A DNA stretch of 64,000 bases from the sequence record OQ718158.1. One strand, written 5' to 3'. Position 1 is the stretch's first letter, and every line of letters starts with the position of its first letter. Under the pieces are notes generated by a model that saw only the letters and a program-made list of their open reading frames with translations, was not told the origin of the DNA and made no database searches. Shown here one piece after another: positions 10,329-20,590 of this stretch. Position numbers and translations under genes: made by a program.

Positions 10329-10781
10329 TGTAGTGATGACAATCCTGTTGAATGCAGAAATGCATATAAATTAGAACCTGATCCTATCGAAAATGTAGAT
10401 GGCAGATGAGCAGTTCAACAGTGCGATGAGCAGAAGAAACCCGTTAGATGTGGGCATAGTTTGAACCCCTCACGGCGACACGGCTCAATAAAGAACTCCG
10501 ATAAGCATACAGAGAGTTCCTCGATAGATGTATAAGGATCGCACCTTACCAGATTTGCTAAGGGAGTTTATTAAGTGATTTAATAAACAGCCTGAAGTTT
10601 GATTGTATAGACTTTCAGGTGAGTGTCAGGATGATTAAGACTGACGACCGTTGCACATGACTGCGATAGAGAGAAACAGAGCAACCCGCTTTCGTTCTTA
10701 ATGAATTTTAAGAAATTCGCAATACAATAAATGCTGAAACCATCAGCGTCAAGAATTAAGAGACTTAATTGTCTCTTTTTT
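10329..10781 (+). ncRNA. Candidate large structured ncRNA (~450 nt), family unknown
   Basis: Bounded by a promoter and a terminator, GC-richer than its flanks, with more than 10 complementary stems found by eye (see findings). Confidence 0.7.
10758..10781 (+). terminator. Rho-independent terminator ending the candidate ncRNA
   Basis: AAGAGAC-TTAATT-GTCTCTT followed by a T run. Confidence 0.75.
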
Positions 10782-11037
10782 ATTGTCTTCATTCCCCTGC
10801 GGGGGGATGAAAATGTCTTCAACAAATCCCGTCAAGTATTAAATCTTTTAAAGTTCTTTATAATTAATTATAAGAAATGAATATGAGTTACGTAGTAACG
10901 AATATTCTTCAGCTAACGAATGAAATGAGTTAGATGAGTTCACTATAAAATAATTAATTCCTTTCATAATTCAATTCAATCAATTCTGTAGTTTAAAACC
11001 AAAAAAAACCAGCAACAATGTGCTGGCTCCTTGTGAG

Positions 11038-11247
11038 TTAGTGCTTCTCGTTTTGTTTTTTAATTTTCTTATTAAAAGACTTAACTAATAAGTCTCTATC
11101 AATTAGTGGCATATTAAGTAGTGTTCCGTAATCAACACTTTCCATATAAACAGAACACTCCATTAATGCAGTTTTAATATCTGACTTATTCAACTCAAAT
11201 TCCTTAAGTACTTCTTGTATTTCTTCAGGAGATGAGTGGAGAAGCAT
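11038..11247 (-). CDS. Small baseplate hub assembly protein (gp51-like)
   Basis: Coupled to the gp26-like gene; LLNMPLIDRDLLV pattern. Confidence 0.45.
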   Translation of the reverse strand: MLLHSSPEEIQEVLKEFELNKSDIKTALMECSVYMESVDYGTLLNMPLIDRDLLVKSFNKKIKKQNEKH

Positions 11248-12083
11248 TATGCGAAAAAATGACTTGGGTCATATTTCAGTCCATTAATTTCCCATTGATG
11301 ATTACAGTCACTGCATTCAACTTCCATAGTATGGGAAACACCAATTTCAAGTACTTCATCCATTTTTTCACGAATTATTTTAAGTGTTCCTTTGGACTGC
11401 TGACCTAGCCATTCAGAAATGAATTCATTTTCAGTTACTTCATCACCTTCAGGTGTAATTACCTTAGCAATAACTCCTGCGATCATATCAAAGTTGAGTT
11501 GTGCCATACTTTCAAATACTTCACCAAACACTTTAACTTTTTCTTCCTGCTCCATTTCGGCAGTTTCAAGGAATTTAGTTTTTTGTTGTTCTGTAAACAT
11601 TCTTTCTGCGAAGTTAGAATATTCCTTCCAAGTAAGTGGTCTAAACTCTAAACTTAGTCCATTATCCAATTGTACAGTAGGAACTTCACTGAAAGTTTGT
11701 GCTGTTTCTAGTAGATATGATAAGCTACGCTCAAAACGGCCTTCTTTGTTACATTCAGGGCATGTCACATTAATATCATATGATTCTTCTTTAGAAGCTA
11801 CTTTAATAGCGATAAGTAGTTGCTCTACGTCATTTACATAAAGTTCATCTGCATCAAGTACGTTAGGTACGCAGTTTTCAATAACACGAGCAATTGCATC
11901 ACCATTTAGAAGCATATCTGGTGTATTGAGTGTCATTTCATCACGTGCACTACGAGCACAAATGCCACATTTGATACCTTTAGAGCCAAGAACTCCTTCT
12001 TTATAAGGAATCACGCCATTTGTGACCAATTTTGTACCAAGTTCTTCAATTTTAGTATACTTAGCTAGTGGGTTCATTGCCAT
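11247..12083 (-). CDS. Baseplate hub assembly chaperone (gp26-like)
   Basis: MAMNPLAKY start; LLIAIKVAS, CPEC and CSDC motifs; late TAAATA upstream (12119-12124, minus strand). Confidence 0.65.
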   Translation of the reverse strand: MAMNPLAKYTKIEELGTKLVTNGVIPYKEGVLGSKGIKCGICARSARDEMTLNTPDMLLNGDAIARVIENCVPNVLDADELYVNDVEQLLIAIKVASKEESYDINVTCPECNKEGRFERSLSYLLETAQTFSEVPTVQLDNGLSLEFRPLTWKEYSNFAERMFTEQQKTKFLETAEMEQEEKVKVFGEVFESMAQLNFDMIAGVIAKVITPEGDEVTENEFISEWLGQQSKGTLKIIREKMDEVLEIGVSHTMEVECSDCNHQWEINGLKYDPSHFFA

Positions 12084-12228
12084 TTTATTAAATCTCCATG
12101 TAATAAATGTCTCTGTAGTATTTATTACCAAAAAATGGGACAAATTGGACAAATGTTATATATGGGTCTTTTTTATTCGTTATAGATTCATAAATATTTC
12201 TATAATACATCTATTAAAAGGGAATGTT

Positions 12229-14427
12229 ATGGCTGTCAATACAAGTGATTACCTACTACAGCAGTTGGTTAATCAAACTAAAGATAACAATGATAGTTTG
12301 ACTGCTATCCGTGAGTTATTAGCTGAAAATATAAAGAATGATAAGAAAAAATCAGGTTCAAATAGTAAAAAGAATGGTTCCAGTTCCAGTTCTTCCAGTA
12401 ATCGTGGAAATCGTGGAAGTGCACAAGCCGATGACGGGAAAGCATTTGGTAAATTGTTCAAATCACTATCTTCTGAAGTTTCTAATGTAAGCAAAACAAT
12501 GATGAACTCCAGTACCAACGTAAGTACTGTAGTAAACTCATTAGGCGTTAGTGCATCATCATTTGCTGGTTCATTGGCAATGATGCCAGGTCCAATTGGT
12601 GCAGCGGCAGCAGCGTTTAAACTCGTTACTGGTGCTGGTCTTGCGGTATACAATGCCCTTAATGCACAATTGGAAGTTTATACCAGAATTAACAGTGCTG
12701 GTGTTGCATTGGCTGAAGGTTATGGCTCAGTACTGAAAGGTGCAGGTGCATCTATGTTGAGTATGGATGCATTCAGTGAAGCTCTACAAACACATAGTTC
12801 TGTAGTAGCTCAATTGGATGGGGCATATGGTGATGGTGTTGCTACCTTTGGTAAATTATTAGGAACTGTTCAACAAGCTCAAAATGAACTTGGCCTTTAT
12901 GGTATTTCTCAAAAAACATTAACTGATTTAACTGCAAGAAACATTAAGTTCCAAAAACAATATGGTGGTCGTGAAGCTCTTCGTAGTATGGACCAAGCTA
13001 AAAGTACTGAACAATTTATCATGAGCATGACTAAATTCAGTAAAAGTATGGGTGAATCCGTTGATGCATTACTAAACAAAACGCAAAACCTAGATAAATC
13101 ACTCGATACGCGTTCTATGCAAATTGCATTGCAGAACTACTCTGGACTATCCAGTAAAGCTGCTGTAGCAACATCTAAGGCGTTCAACGAAGCTGCGGGT
13201 GCAATGGGTGATGCAGGTGCAGATTTCCTCCGTTTGATATCACACAGATTGTCTATTGGTGGCGTACCGGATGACCTACTCACTCCAGTACTGAACCAGT
13301 TCGCTGATTTAGGTGAAAATCTTGTACGTAGTGGGGTAACTGATTCACAAGAAATTCGTCGCCAACAATTAGAATTCGTTAAAAAGAATAAAGAATTAAT
13401 TAAGCAAGATTTGCTTAACCAGATTCAATTAGGAAACACAACTGCTGCAACCTTCTACCAACAACTATTGGATATGGAAGCAACCGTAAATGAACCTAAA
13501 AATAATCCCGCTGATAAATTAACTCAATTTACTAACCGCTTCAATATGTGGATTAGTAAAGAATTCACTGAACCATTTAATACAATGTATGCTAATACAC
13601 AAAATTCAATTGTGGATTATCTTTCAGACATTGCAGACAGAACTGATGGTGCATGGGAGTTTATTGGGGAATTGGCTCTTGATGGATTTGGGTTAGTACC
13701 TATTGCTAAAGATGCAATTGCTTACCTTGATCGTATTGGTGCTGAATTTACAGCTTGGTTGGATGGATTGGGTGCAGATATATTCGGTTCAGGTTACTCT
13801 AAAGTGTCAGAAGCATTTGATACCTTTATGAATAACTTAATGGATTTACCTGGTAACCTATGGAATTCTGTTAAAAGTTGGTTCGGTGGTGGTTCTGATA
13901 ATGATATAAAACTCAATAACAGTACTGAAACCCCAGCAGAAAGCGTAAACAACATCATTGACAACGGTGTAAATAGTGTTAGTGATTATTTTGCAGGGAT
14001 GTGGGATAAGTTCAACAAATGGAACACCTCACGTAACTACAAAGAACCAAAACCACTACCATCTGATTATGCTGACAGTTTATTCAACCGTCCAGGAGTA
14101 GAACGTATTCGTCCTGTTATTGAAAAAACCAATAACGTTGCTCCAGAAATAACTGTATCTCGTAAAGATTTTGATAAAACTGCATGGGCACCAGGTGAAC
14201 CACCAGTTCCACCAAAACCTGACGATACAGAGGCAATTAAGAAGATGATAAATAATGGTAGTGCAGTGACATCGAGAACTGGACCACCAGCACCGATTTC
14301 TGATGAAATGAAAGAAATACTCAAAAAGCTTGCCGATGTTAATGAACAATCACTATCTGCTGTACAACAGACAAATAATTATCTAAGAACTATCTCTGAA
14401 AACACCCAAGGTGAGAGAAACAGTTAA
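12229..14427 (+). CDS. Tape-measure-like tail protein
   Basis: ATG 12229 after a late TAAATA (12191); long helical, Ala/Gly-rich protein in a morphogenesis context. Confidence 0.55.
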   Translation: MAVNTSDYLLQQLVNQTKDNNDSLTAIRELLAENIKNDKKKSGSNSKKNGSSSSSSSNRGNRGSAQADDGKAFGKLFKSLSSEVSNVSKTMMNSSTNVSTVVNSLGVSASSFAGSLAMMPGPIGAAAAAFKLVTGAGLAVYNALNAQLEVYTRINSAGVALAEGYGSVLKGAGASMLSMDAFSEALQTHSSVVAQLDGAYGDGVATFGKLLGTVQQAQNELGLYGISQKTLTDLTARNIKFQKQYGGREALRSMDQAKSTEQFIMSMTKFSKSMGESVDALLNKTQNLDKSLDTRSMQIALQNYSGLSSKAAVATSKAFNEAAGAMGDAGADFLRLISHRLSIGGVPDDLLTPVLNQFADLGENLVRSGVTDSQEIRRQQLEFVKKNKELIKQDLLNQIQLGNTTAATFYQQLLDMEATVNEPKNNPADKLTQFTNRFNMWISKEFTEPFNTMYANTQNSIVDYLSDIADRTDGAWEFIGELALDGFGLVPIAKDAIAYLDRIGAEFTAWLDGLGADIFGSGYSKVSEAFDTFMNNLMDLPGNLWNSVKSWFGGGSDNDIKLNNSTETPAESVNNIIDNGVNSVSDYFAGMWDKFNKWNTSRNYKEPKPLPSDYADSLFNRPGVERIRPVIEKTNNVAPEITVSRKDFDKTAWAPGEPPVPPKPDDTEAIKKMINNGSAVTSRTGPPAPISDEMKEILKKLADVNEQSLSAVQQTNNYLRTISENTQGERNS

Positions 14428-14439
14428 GGACGAACAATA

Positions 14440-16176
14440 ATGAGTTGGAAACGACATATGACAATGGGGAGATCGAAGTTATCGGTCGTCCCTAATCAGT
14501 CCAGTAATAGCAACAAATCAACAGGAACGAAAACCAATTTCGCTTCCTATCTTCCAGTAGTATACAATGGTTTAGCTAACCGTACTGAACGTTATAGTCA
14601 GTATGAACAGATGGACCAAGATCCTGAAATTAGAACAGCACTTAATATCATTGCTGACTTCTGTACACAAAGTACTGAAGATTTTGGTCTTCCATATAAA
14701 ATCAAATATAAAGATGATATTGGTGATACAGAAGTAACTACTATTGAAGACCGTTTGGATGCATGGACTGAACAAAATGATTTTAAAACCAGAATGTATG
14801 AAATTGTACGTGGCCTATTAAAATACGGTGACCAATTCTTCATTCGTGACCCAGAAACATTTGACTGGTACTGGGTAAGCCCAAAAAACGTTGAACAAGT
14901 ATTCGTTAACGAAGCAACCGGAAAAACCCCTGTAATTTATTATATCCGTGACGTATCTTTGAATCTTAAAGATAAAGTGTTTAGTAACTTGCAAGTTGGT
15001 TTTGACAAAACTGCATATCCTGGTGCAATCCCTACCACATTAGGTGGCGGTGGTTCAGTAGCAGCAGGTGGTGCATCTGGCTTTACTAACCAAGGAAACT
15101 CTGCTGACCCATTCAGTACTAACGGTCGTCTTGATGTTATTCCAGTTGGTGCAGAACACGTAATTCATCTAACCCTAAATACAGGACAAGATGGAGTTTG
15201 GCCTTTTGGTACTAGTATACTTGAAGATGTTTTCAAAGTCTATAAACAAAAAGAATTACTTGAAGATAGTATTATTATCTATCGTGTTCAACGTGCTCCA
15301 GAGCGTCGTGTATTTAAAATCGACGTTGGTGATATGCAAACTCACCAAGCAATGGCATACGTAGAACGATTCAAAAATGAAATTCACCAAAGACGTATTC
15401 CTTCAAATAAAGGTGGCAGTACTTCTCTAATGGATGCAGCATATAATCCATTAAGTATTCTAGAAGATTACTTCTTCCCACAAACTTCTGAAGGTCGTGG
15501 TTCAGATGTACAAACACTTCCAGGTGGTGATAACTTAGGTCAGATTGATGACTTGCGTTACTTCAACAATAAATTGATTCGTGGATTGCAAATTCCAGCT
15601 TCATATCTACCGCAAGGTCCAGATGATGGTGGTGTATCACTATTCGGTGATGGTGCAACACAAGCAATGGCAAGTGAATTACGTTTTAATAACCAATGTA
15701 TGCGTTATCAACGTTTAGTTGCAAAACTATTTGATGCAGAATTTAAACGTTTTATGGTTAAAAATGGATATAACATTAGTACTTCATCTTTTGAAGTAAT
15801 TATGAATCCACCTATTAACTTGGCTTCTTATCGTAAAGCGGAACTAGATGCTAAACTAATTAACACCTATCTCCCACTTAACGATCTGCCATATATGGCA
15901 AAACAAACTATTCTTGAAAAAATGGGCTTCTCTAAAGCTGATATTGTTAAGAATGAGCAAATGTGGCTCCAAGAAAATCCACAAGATGGTTCCGCTCCGT
16001 CAAGTGGTGAAGAAGATGCTGCTGGGTTGCAATCTGTTGGTATAGATGCTCCTAACGACCCTGGTATGGATTTAGGTATTGATGGTGACGGTAACTTAGA
16101 AAGTGCCGATGCTGAATACCAAAACCAACAAGGAAGTGCAGGTTTTAACCCGAATAATTTAGGCGATTCTTTTTAA
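14440..16176 (+). CDS. gp20: Portal protein
   Basis: LLEDSIIIYRVQRAPERRVFKIDVG, LEDYFFP, GRGSDVQTLPGG motifs. Confidence 0.93.
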   Translation: MSWKRHMTMGRSKLSVVPNQSSNSNKSTGTKTNFASYLPVVYNGLANRTERYSQYEQMDQDPEIRTALNIIADFCTQSTEDFGLPYKIKYKDDIGDTEVTTIEDRLDAWTEQNDFKTRMYEIVRGLLKYGDQFFIRDPETFDWYWVSPKNVEQVFVNEATGKTPVIYYIRDVSLNLKDKVFSNLQVGFDKTAYPGAIPTTLGGGGSVAAGGASGFTNQGNSADPFSTNGRLDVIPVGAEHVIHLTLNTGQDGVWPFGTSILEDVFKVYKQKELLEDSIIIYRVQRAPERRVFKIDVGDMQTHQAMAYVERFKNEIHQRRIPSNKGGSTSLMDAAYNPLSILEDYFFPQTSEGRGSDVQTLPGGDNLGQIDDLRYFNNKLIRGLQIPASYLPQGPDDGGVSLFGDGATQAMASELRFNNQCMRYQRLVAKLFDAEFKRFMVKNGYNISTSSFEVIMNPPINLASYRKAELDAKLINTYLPLNDLPYMAKQTILEKMGFSKADIVKNEQMWLQENPQDGSAPSSGEEDAAGLQSVGIDAPNDPGMDLGIDGDGNLESADAEYQNQQGSAGFNPNNLGDSF

Positions 16177-16249
16177 TCATAAATAACAATGTATAAGAAT
16201 GAGGGTACATTAGTTGCCCTCATTATAATGCATATTCAAAGGAGATGAA

Positions 16250-16477
16250 ATGTTAAAGGACATCTTTGAATCTAGCAGTGATTCTTTATACGACCCTGAA
16301 GATGATCAGAACGTATATAAAATTACTGATTCCAGAAAACCAAAACTAACATTACAAGTACTTAATAATTTAAGAAAGTACCGTGAATTTAAAGCTAATG
16401 AAGAACAACGACGCAAAAATGTTGTCGCTGTTGTTTATGCAGCAGCACCATCCGGTGATGGTTCAGGATTAATGTAA
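16250..16477 (+). CDS. Small hypothetical head-module protein
   Basis: GGAG RBS; late promoter at 16180. Confidence 0.7.
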   Translation: MLKDIFESSSDSLYDPEDDQNVYKITDSRKPKLTLQVLNNLRKYREFKANEEQRRKNVVAVVYAAAPSGDGSGLM

Positions 16478-16565
16478 ACAAAAATCGCACTTTTTAAAGC
16501 TTTTAAAAATGGCGAAATTTTTCAGTACTAAATAATATCATACTTTATATGAATGTAATATATCT

Positions 16566-17411
16566 ATGGAGGATATAATGGCGAATTTAAAACTACTACA
16601 AGAAGCAATTGAAGCGTTTGCAAACGGCGAACAAGATGTTGCTGATAAAAAAATGCGTAAGTACTTTGTTGAGCAAGCTCAAGAAATCAATAAAGAACTA
16701 GAAGAAAGCATGGACGAAGAAGAATGTGAAGTTGAAGTCAAAGACGAAGAAAAACTTGACGAAGACTTTGATGTTCAACCAGACGCTGGTCTAAATGCTG
16801 AAATCGAATACACCCTAGGTGAAGAAGATGAAAGTGCAGAAGAAGAAGTTGAATTCTCTGCTGATGCTGATGGCGAAGAAGTTGACGCTGAAGCAGAAGT
16901 TGGTGCAGAAGTTCCTTCCGAAGACCAATGGGAATCTATTCAAGATGCTTTCCGTGGCCTACAACAAATGTTTGACGAAATCGGTGGTGATGAAGTTGAC
17001 CTAGGTTCTGACGACGAAGAAGTTGAAGTTGGTGCGGAAGAAGAATTCGGTGCTGATGGTGAAGAATCTGAAGACGAATTTGCTGATGTACAATTCGGTG
17101 ATGAGAAAGTTGGTGAGTCTTTCAAACTTAAGCAAGTTGCTGCGGTTGATAAGAAAGAAAAAGCTGGCGTTAATACCAAGTCCCCAGTTGCTCCAGAAGC
17201 TAAATCTCCAGTTCAAGGTGTTGCTCCAGTGAAATTCGCTAAAGCTTCCGAAAAACAAGTAGATTATGATTTTGAAAACGAAGATGCTATGTCCCACACT
17301 GATGAAGACCTAGGTAAAAATGCTCGTGGCGAAATGAAAGATGTTGCGAAGCCAAAAAATACCGCTTCTAAATCTCGTTCTCCACTACCAAAATCACAAC
17401 CAAAAATCTAA
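16566..17411 (+). CDS. Highly acidic prohead core-like protein
   Basis: E/D-rich, strong codon bias, lies between portal and protease. Confidence 0.6.
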   Translation: MEDIMANLKLLQEAIEAFANGEQDVADKKMRKYFVEQAQEINKELEESMDEEECEVEVKDEEKLDEDFDVQPDAGLNAEIEYTLGEEDESAEEEVEFSADADGEEVDAEAEVGAEVPSEDQWESIQDAFRGLQQMFDEIGGDEVDLGSDDEEVEVGAEEEFGADGEESEDEFADVQFGDEKVGESFKLKQVAAVDKKEKAGVNTKSPVAPEAKSPVQGVAPVKFAKASEKQVDYDFENEDAMSHTDEDLGKNARGEMKDVAKPKNTASKSRSPLPKSQPKI

Positions 17412-17442
17412 CACTAAATAAAGAAAAGGAAAGGAGATCATT

Positions 17443-18063
17443 ATGAGTATGATTCGTGAATGGTCTTCATTCAATGATTCTAAAGTTGTTTTGGAACATC
17501 GTGATAATGGACTTGGTGGGCGTGATTGCTATCTTCGTGGTATTGCTATTCAAGCCGATCAAAGAAATTTAAATGAGAGAATTTACCCTTTAGCCGAAAT
17601 TACTAAAGCTGTTAATAATATGGCTCAACGTTTGGCTAAAGGTGAAAGTATTCTAGTTGAATGTGACCACCCTGAAACACTAACAATTAACCTTGACCGT
17701 GTAGCAGCAATGATTACTAAGGTCTGGATGGAAGGTGCTAACGGCATGGCAGAAATCAAACTACTTGATACTGCTCATGGTACTAATATTCGTAAAATGC
17801 TAGAAGCTGGTGTGAAACTTGGTGTAAGTTCTCGTGGTTCCGGTAACGTGGATTACAATGGAATAGTTTCTGATTTTGAAATTATCACAATTGATATTGT
17901 TGCTCAACCTAGTGCTCCAGAGGCATACCCTACTGCGGTTTTTGAATCTCTGATGAGTAAGTACGGATCACCTTGTAATAGTCCTAAAAAAATCACAGAA
18001 TCTAAAACAGTAAATAATGTAGATTCTGAAATTTACGATTTTTTCAAGAAATTAAAAGGTTAA
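17443..18063 (+). CDS. gp21: Prohead protease
   Basis: ECDHP, LGVSSRGSG, DIVAQPSAP motifs. Confidence 0.92.
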   Translation: MSMIREWSSFNDSKVVLEHRDNGLGGRDCYLRGIAIQADQRNLNERIYPLAEITKAVNNMAQRLAKGESILVECDHPETLTINLDRVAAMITKVWMEGANGMAEIKLLDTAHGTNIRKMLEAGVKLGVSSRGSGNVDYNGIVSDFEIITIDIVAQPSAPEAYPTAVFESLMSKYGSPCNSPKKITESKTVNNVDSEIYDFFKKLKG

Positions 18064-18129
18064 CATTTTAAAAATATAAATATTTGTATGTTGAAGTACA
18101 GATATTTCAGTACTTAAAGGAGAGAACGA

Positions 18130-19245
18130 ATGTCTAAATTAGAAAAGCTTCTAAAAGAATCATCTCTTTCTGATGAGGCAAAACAGCTAATTCAGGAAGC
18201 ATGGAATGAAGAAAAAAACACACTTGCCGCAGAAATGCGTGAAGAAATGAAAGGCCGCTACAAACAAGATTTGTCTGAGCTAACCGAAGGTCTAAATACT
18301 ATGGTTACTCAAGTTATCGCTGAAGAAATGGGTGCAGTATATGAAGAGAAAAAACGTCTTGTAGAAGATCGTGTAACTCTCCGCAAAACCCTAAGTAATT
18401 TCTCTGCGTTTTCTAACTCTGTTTTGGCTGAAGAAGTTAAACAAATGCGTAAAGAACGTAAGCATCTTCAAGAATGCATGGGTAAATTCGTTAATTTCTC
18501 TAACGGTATCCTAGCAGAAGAGCTAAAAGAATTCCACATCGAGAAACGTCAACTAGTTGAAACTCGCGTTAAACTACTAGCTGAAGGCTCCCGTCAAATT
18601 GCTGAAGCACGTAACAACTTCATCAAACGTACATCTGAAAGTGCTGCTAAATATATTGCAGAAACTACTCAGAAAAACCTATACGCTTTGAAAGAAGATC
18701 TTGTTGAAGCAAAACAAAATATGTTTGGTCGTAAAATCTTTGAAGCATTTGCTCAAGAGTTTAATGTCAAACAATTTAATGAGAATTCACTACTACGTTC
18801 CCTAACTGAATCAATCAAGTCTAAAGAAGACGAAATTGCTCAAGTTAAGAAAGAACTAAATGAAACTGTAAGTGAAGTTAAAGCTGCTAAAACCAAACTA
18901 CGTATTATGGAAGATTCACAAGCTCGTAATGCGATTATGTCTGAACTAGTTAAGCCACTAACTACACAACAGAAACAAATTATGGAATCCCTTCTAGCTA
19001 CTTCTCCTACAGAAAAGCTTAAAGACGATTTCAGTAAGTACCATAAGTCAGTACTTAACGGTACTAAAGTAAATGAATCTGCTACCACTCGTCAAGCAGT
19101 TCAGTCTTCCGCTAAGAGAACTCTTGCAGAAGGTAAAGTAATCACTGGCAACCGTCAGGCTATTGTTGAAAGCGAAGAAATGACCGCTGACGATATGGCA
19201 TTCCTAAAAGAACTCGATGTTCTTTCTGGTATCAATAAAAAATAA
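18130..19245 (+). CDS. gp22: Prohead scaffolding protein
   Basis: Coiled-coil protein between protease and major capsid genes. Confidence 0.8.
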   Translation: MSKLEKLLKESSLSDEAKQLIQEAWNEEKNTLAAEMREEMKGRYKQDLSELTEGLNTMVTQVIAEEMGAVYEEKKRLVEDRVTLRKTLSNFSAFSNSVLAEEVKQMRKERKHLQECMGKFVNFSNGILAEELKEFHIEKRQLVETRVKLLAEGSRQIAEARNNFIKRTSESAAKYIAETTQKNLYALKEDLVEAKQNMFGRKIFEAFAQEFNVKQFNENSLLRSLTESIKSKEDEIAQVKKELNETVSEVKAAKTKLRIMEDSQARNAIMSELVKPLTTQQKQIMESLLATSPTEKLKDDFSKYHKSVLNGTKVNESATTRQAVQSSAKRTLAEGKVITGNRQAIVESEEMTADDMAFLKELDVLSGINKK

Positions 19246-19285
19246 ACATTTTAAAGCATTTTAATAATCAAATTTTTCAGTTCTA

Positions 19286-19291
19286 TAAATA
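19286..19291 (+). promoter_or_regulatory. Late promoter core TAAATA (major capsid)
   Basis: TAAATA also precedes genes at 12191, 16180, 16529, 17415, 18077, 22126, 22473, 29445, 36117 and 51041; resembles the T4 gp55 late promoter TATAAATA. Confidence 0.7.
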
Positions 19292-19335
19292 ATATCATAC
19301 TGAAAAACGAATATAACATCTTTAAGGAGATAATA

Positions 19336-20511
19336 ATGTCACAACTACTAAATGAATCCAAATGGGTAGCAGTTAAAGAGAAACTAGTTGAAGGTCTACA
19401 AGGTACTCGTAAGTCCGTAATGGAAACCGTACTTGATAACCATCGTAAACTAATGCTAAACGAATCTGCTACTTCTGGTGCAACCACCGCTGGTAACATC
19501 GCTACTCTAAACAAAGTGATTCTACCAATTATGCGTCGTGTTATGCCAACCGTAATCGCTAACGAAATCATCGGTGTTCAGCCAATGACTGGCCCAGTTG
19601 GTCAGATCCACACCCTACGTGTTCAATATGCTGACAACGCTCCTGGTGTTATCGCTGGTGAAGAAATGCTTTCTCCATACAAAATCGCTAAGTCTTATAC
19701 TGGTGACCTAAACGCAGACAACAGCAACCCACAAGCTGCTCCTACTAGCCAACTAGAAGGTACTATGGGTCGTCGCGTTAACATCCGTATCCTACGTGAA
19801 ACTGTTGAAGCGAAATCTCGTCGTCTATCTGCACGTTGGACTGTTGAATCTGCACAAGATGCACAATCCCAACATGGTATCGATGTTGAAGCTGAACTAA
19901 TGGCTGCAATCGCTCAAGAAGTTACCGTTGAAATCGACCAAGAGCTACTAAGCCGTCTACGTGCACTACCTGGTGCTGCTGCTGTAACTTATGACCAATC
20001 TAAAGTTACTGGTGTTGCGACCTTCGTTGGTGACGAGCACGCTGCTCTAGCTACCCTAATCAACCGTCAAGCGAACGAAGTTGCTCGTCGTACCAAACGT
20101 GGTGCTGCGAACTGGGCTGTTGTTTCTCCAACCGCTCTAACCATTCTACAGTCTGCAACTACTTCTAGTTTTGCACGTACTACTGAAGGTACTTTCGAAG
20201 CTCCAACTAACGTTAAATTTGTTGGTACTCTAAACAGCACCATGCGTATTTTTGTAGACACGTATGCCAGCGACGTAGAAGATATTTTGATTGGTTACAA
20301 AGGTAATGCTGAAACTGATGCTGGTGTGTTCTATTGCCCATACATCCCTCTAATGGCTTCTGGTACTGTAATGGACCCTAACACTGGGGAACTCGTTACA
20401 ACTTTTCTAACCAGATATGGCTATGTACAGTTGACCGATAGCACCAGTTCACTAGGTAACGCTGCTGACTACTACAGCAAAATCGCTATCAAAAACGTTA
20501 CTTTCATGTAA
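19336..20511 (+). CDS. gp23: Major capsid protein
   Basis: IIGVQPMTGPVGQIHTLR, EAKSRRLSARWT, FYCPYIPL motifs. Confidence 0.96.
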   Translation: MSQLLNESKWVAVKEKLVEGLQGTRKSVMETVLDNHRKLMLNESATSGATTAGNIATLNKVILPIMRRVMPTVIANEIIGVQPMTGPVGQIHTLRVQYADNAPGVIAGEEMLSPYKIAKSYTGDLNADNSNPQAAPTSQLEGTMGRRVNIRILRETVEAKSRRLSARWTVESAQDAQSQHGIDVEAELMAAIAQEVTVEIDQELLSRLRALPGAAAVTYDQSKVTGVATFVGDEHAALATLINRQANEVARRTKRGAANWAVVSPTALTILQSATTSSFARTTEGTFEAPTNVKFVGTLNSTMRIFVDTYASDVEDILIGYKGNAETDAGVFYCPYIPLMASGTVMDPNTGELVTTFLTRYGYVQLTDSTSSLGNAADYYSKIAIKNVTFM

Positions 20512-20554
20512 TTATAATCGATTTAAAAGATTTAATCAAGAAATTAAAAACAAT

Positions 20555-20580
20555 AGGGACTCTTCGGAGTCCCTTTTTTT
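20555..20580 (+). terminator. Terminator after the major capsid gene
   Basis: AGGGACTC-TTCG-GAGTCCCT plus T run. Confidence 0.88.
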
Positions 20581-20590
20581 ATTAAAAACA

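Noticed and set aside
10493-10519. UCCG (complement of CGGA) in an ncRNA hairpin as a quadruplet anticodon
   Set aside because: It straddles the stem end and a 15-nt loop, unlike an anticodon loop; a 4-mer match is expected by chance.
10329-10781. tmRNA, RNase P, group I/II intron or CRISPR array identity for the non-coding region
   Set aside because: No tRNA-like ends or CCA, no RNase P P4 consensus, no group II domain V, no interrupted host gene and no repeat-spacer periodicity.
16700-17110. GAAGAA/GACGAA low-complexity repeats
   Set aside because: Explained by the Glu/Asp-rich protein sequence, not a DNA repeat element.
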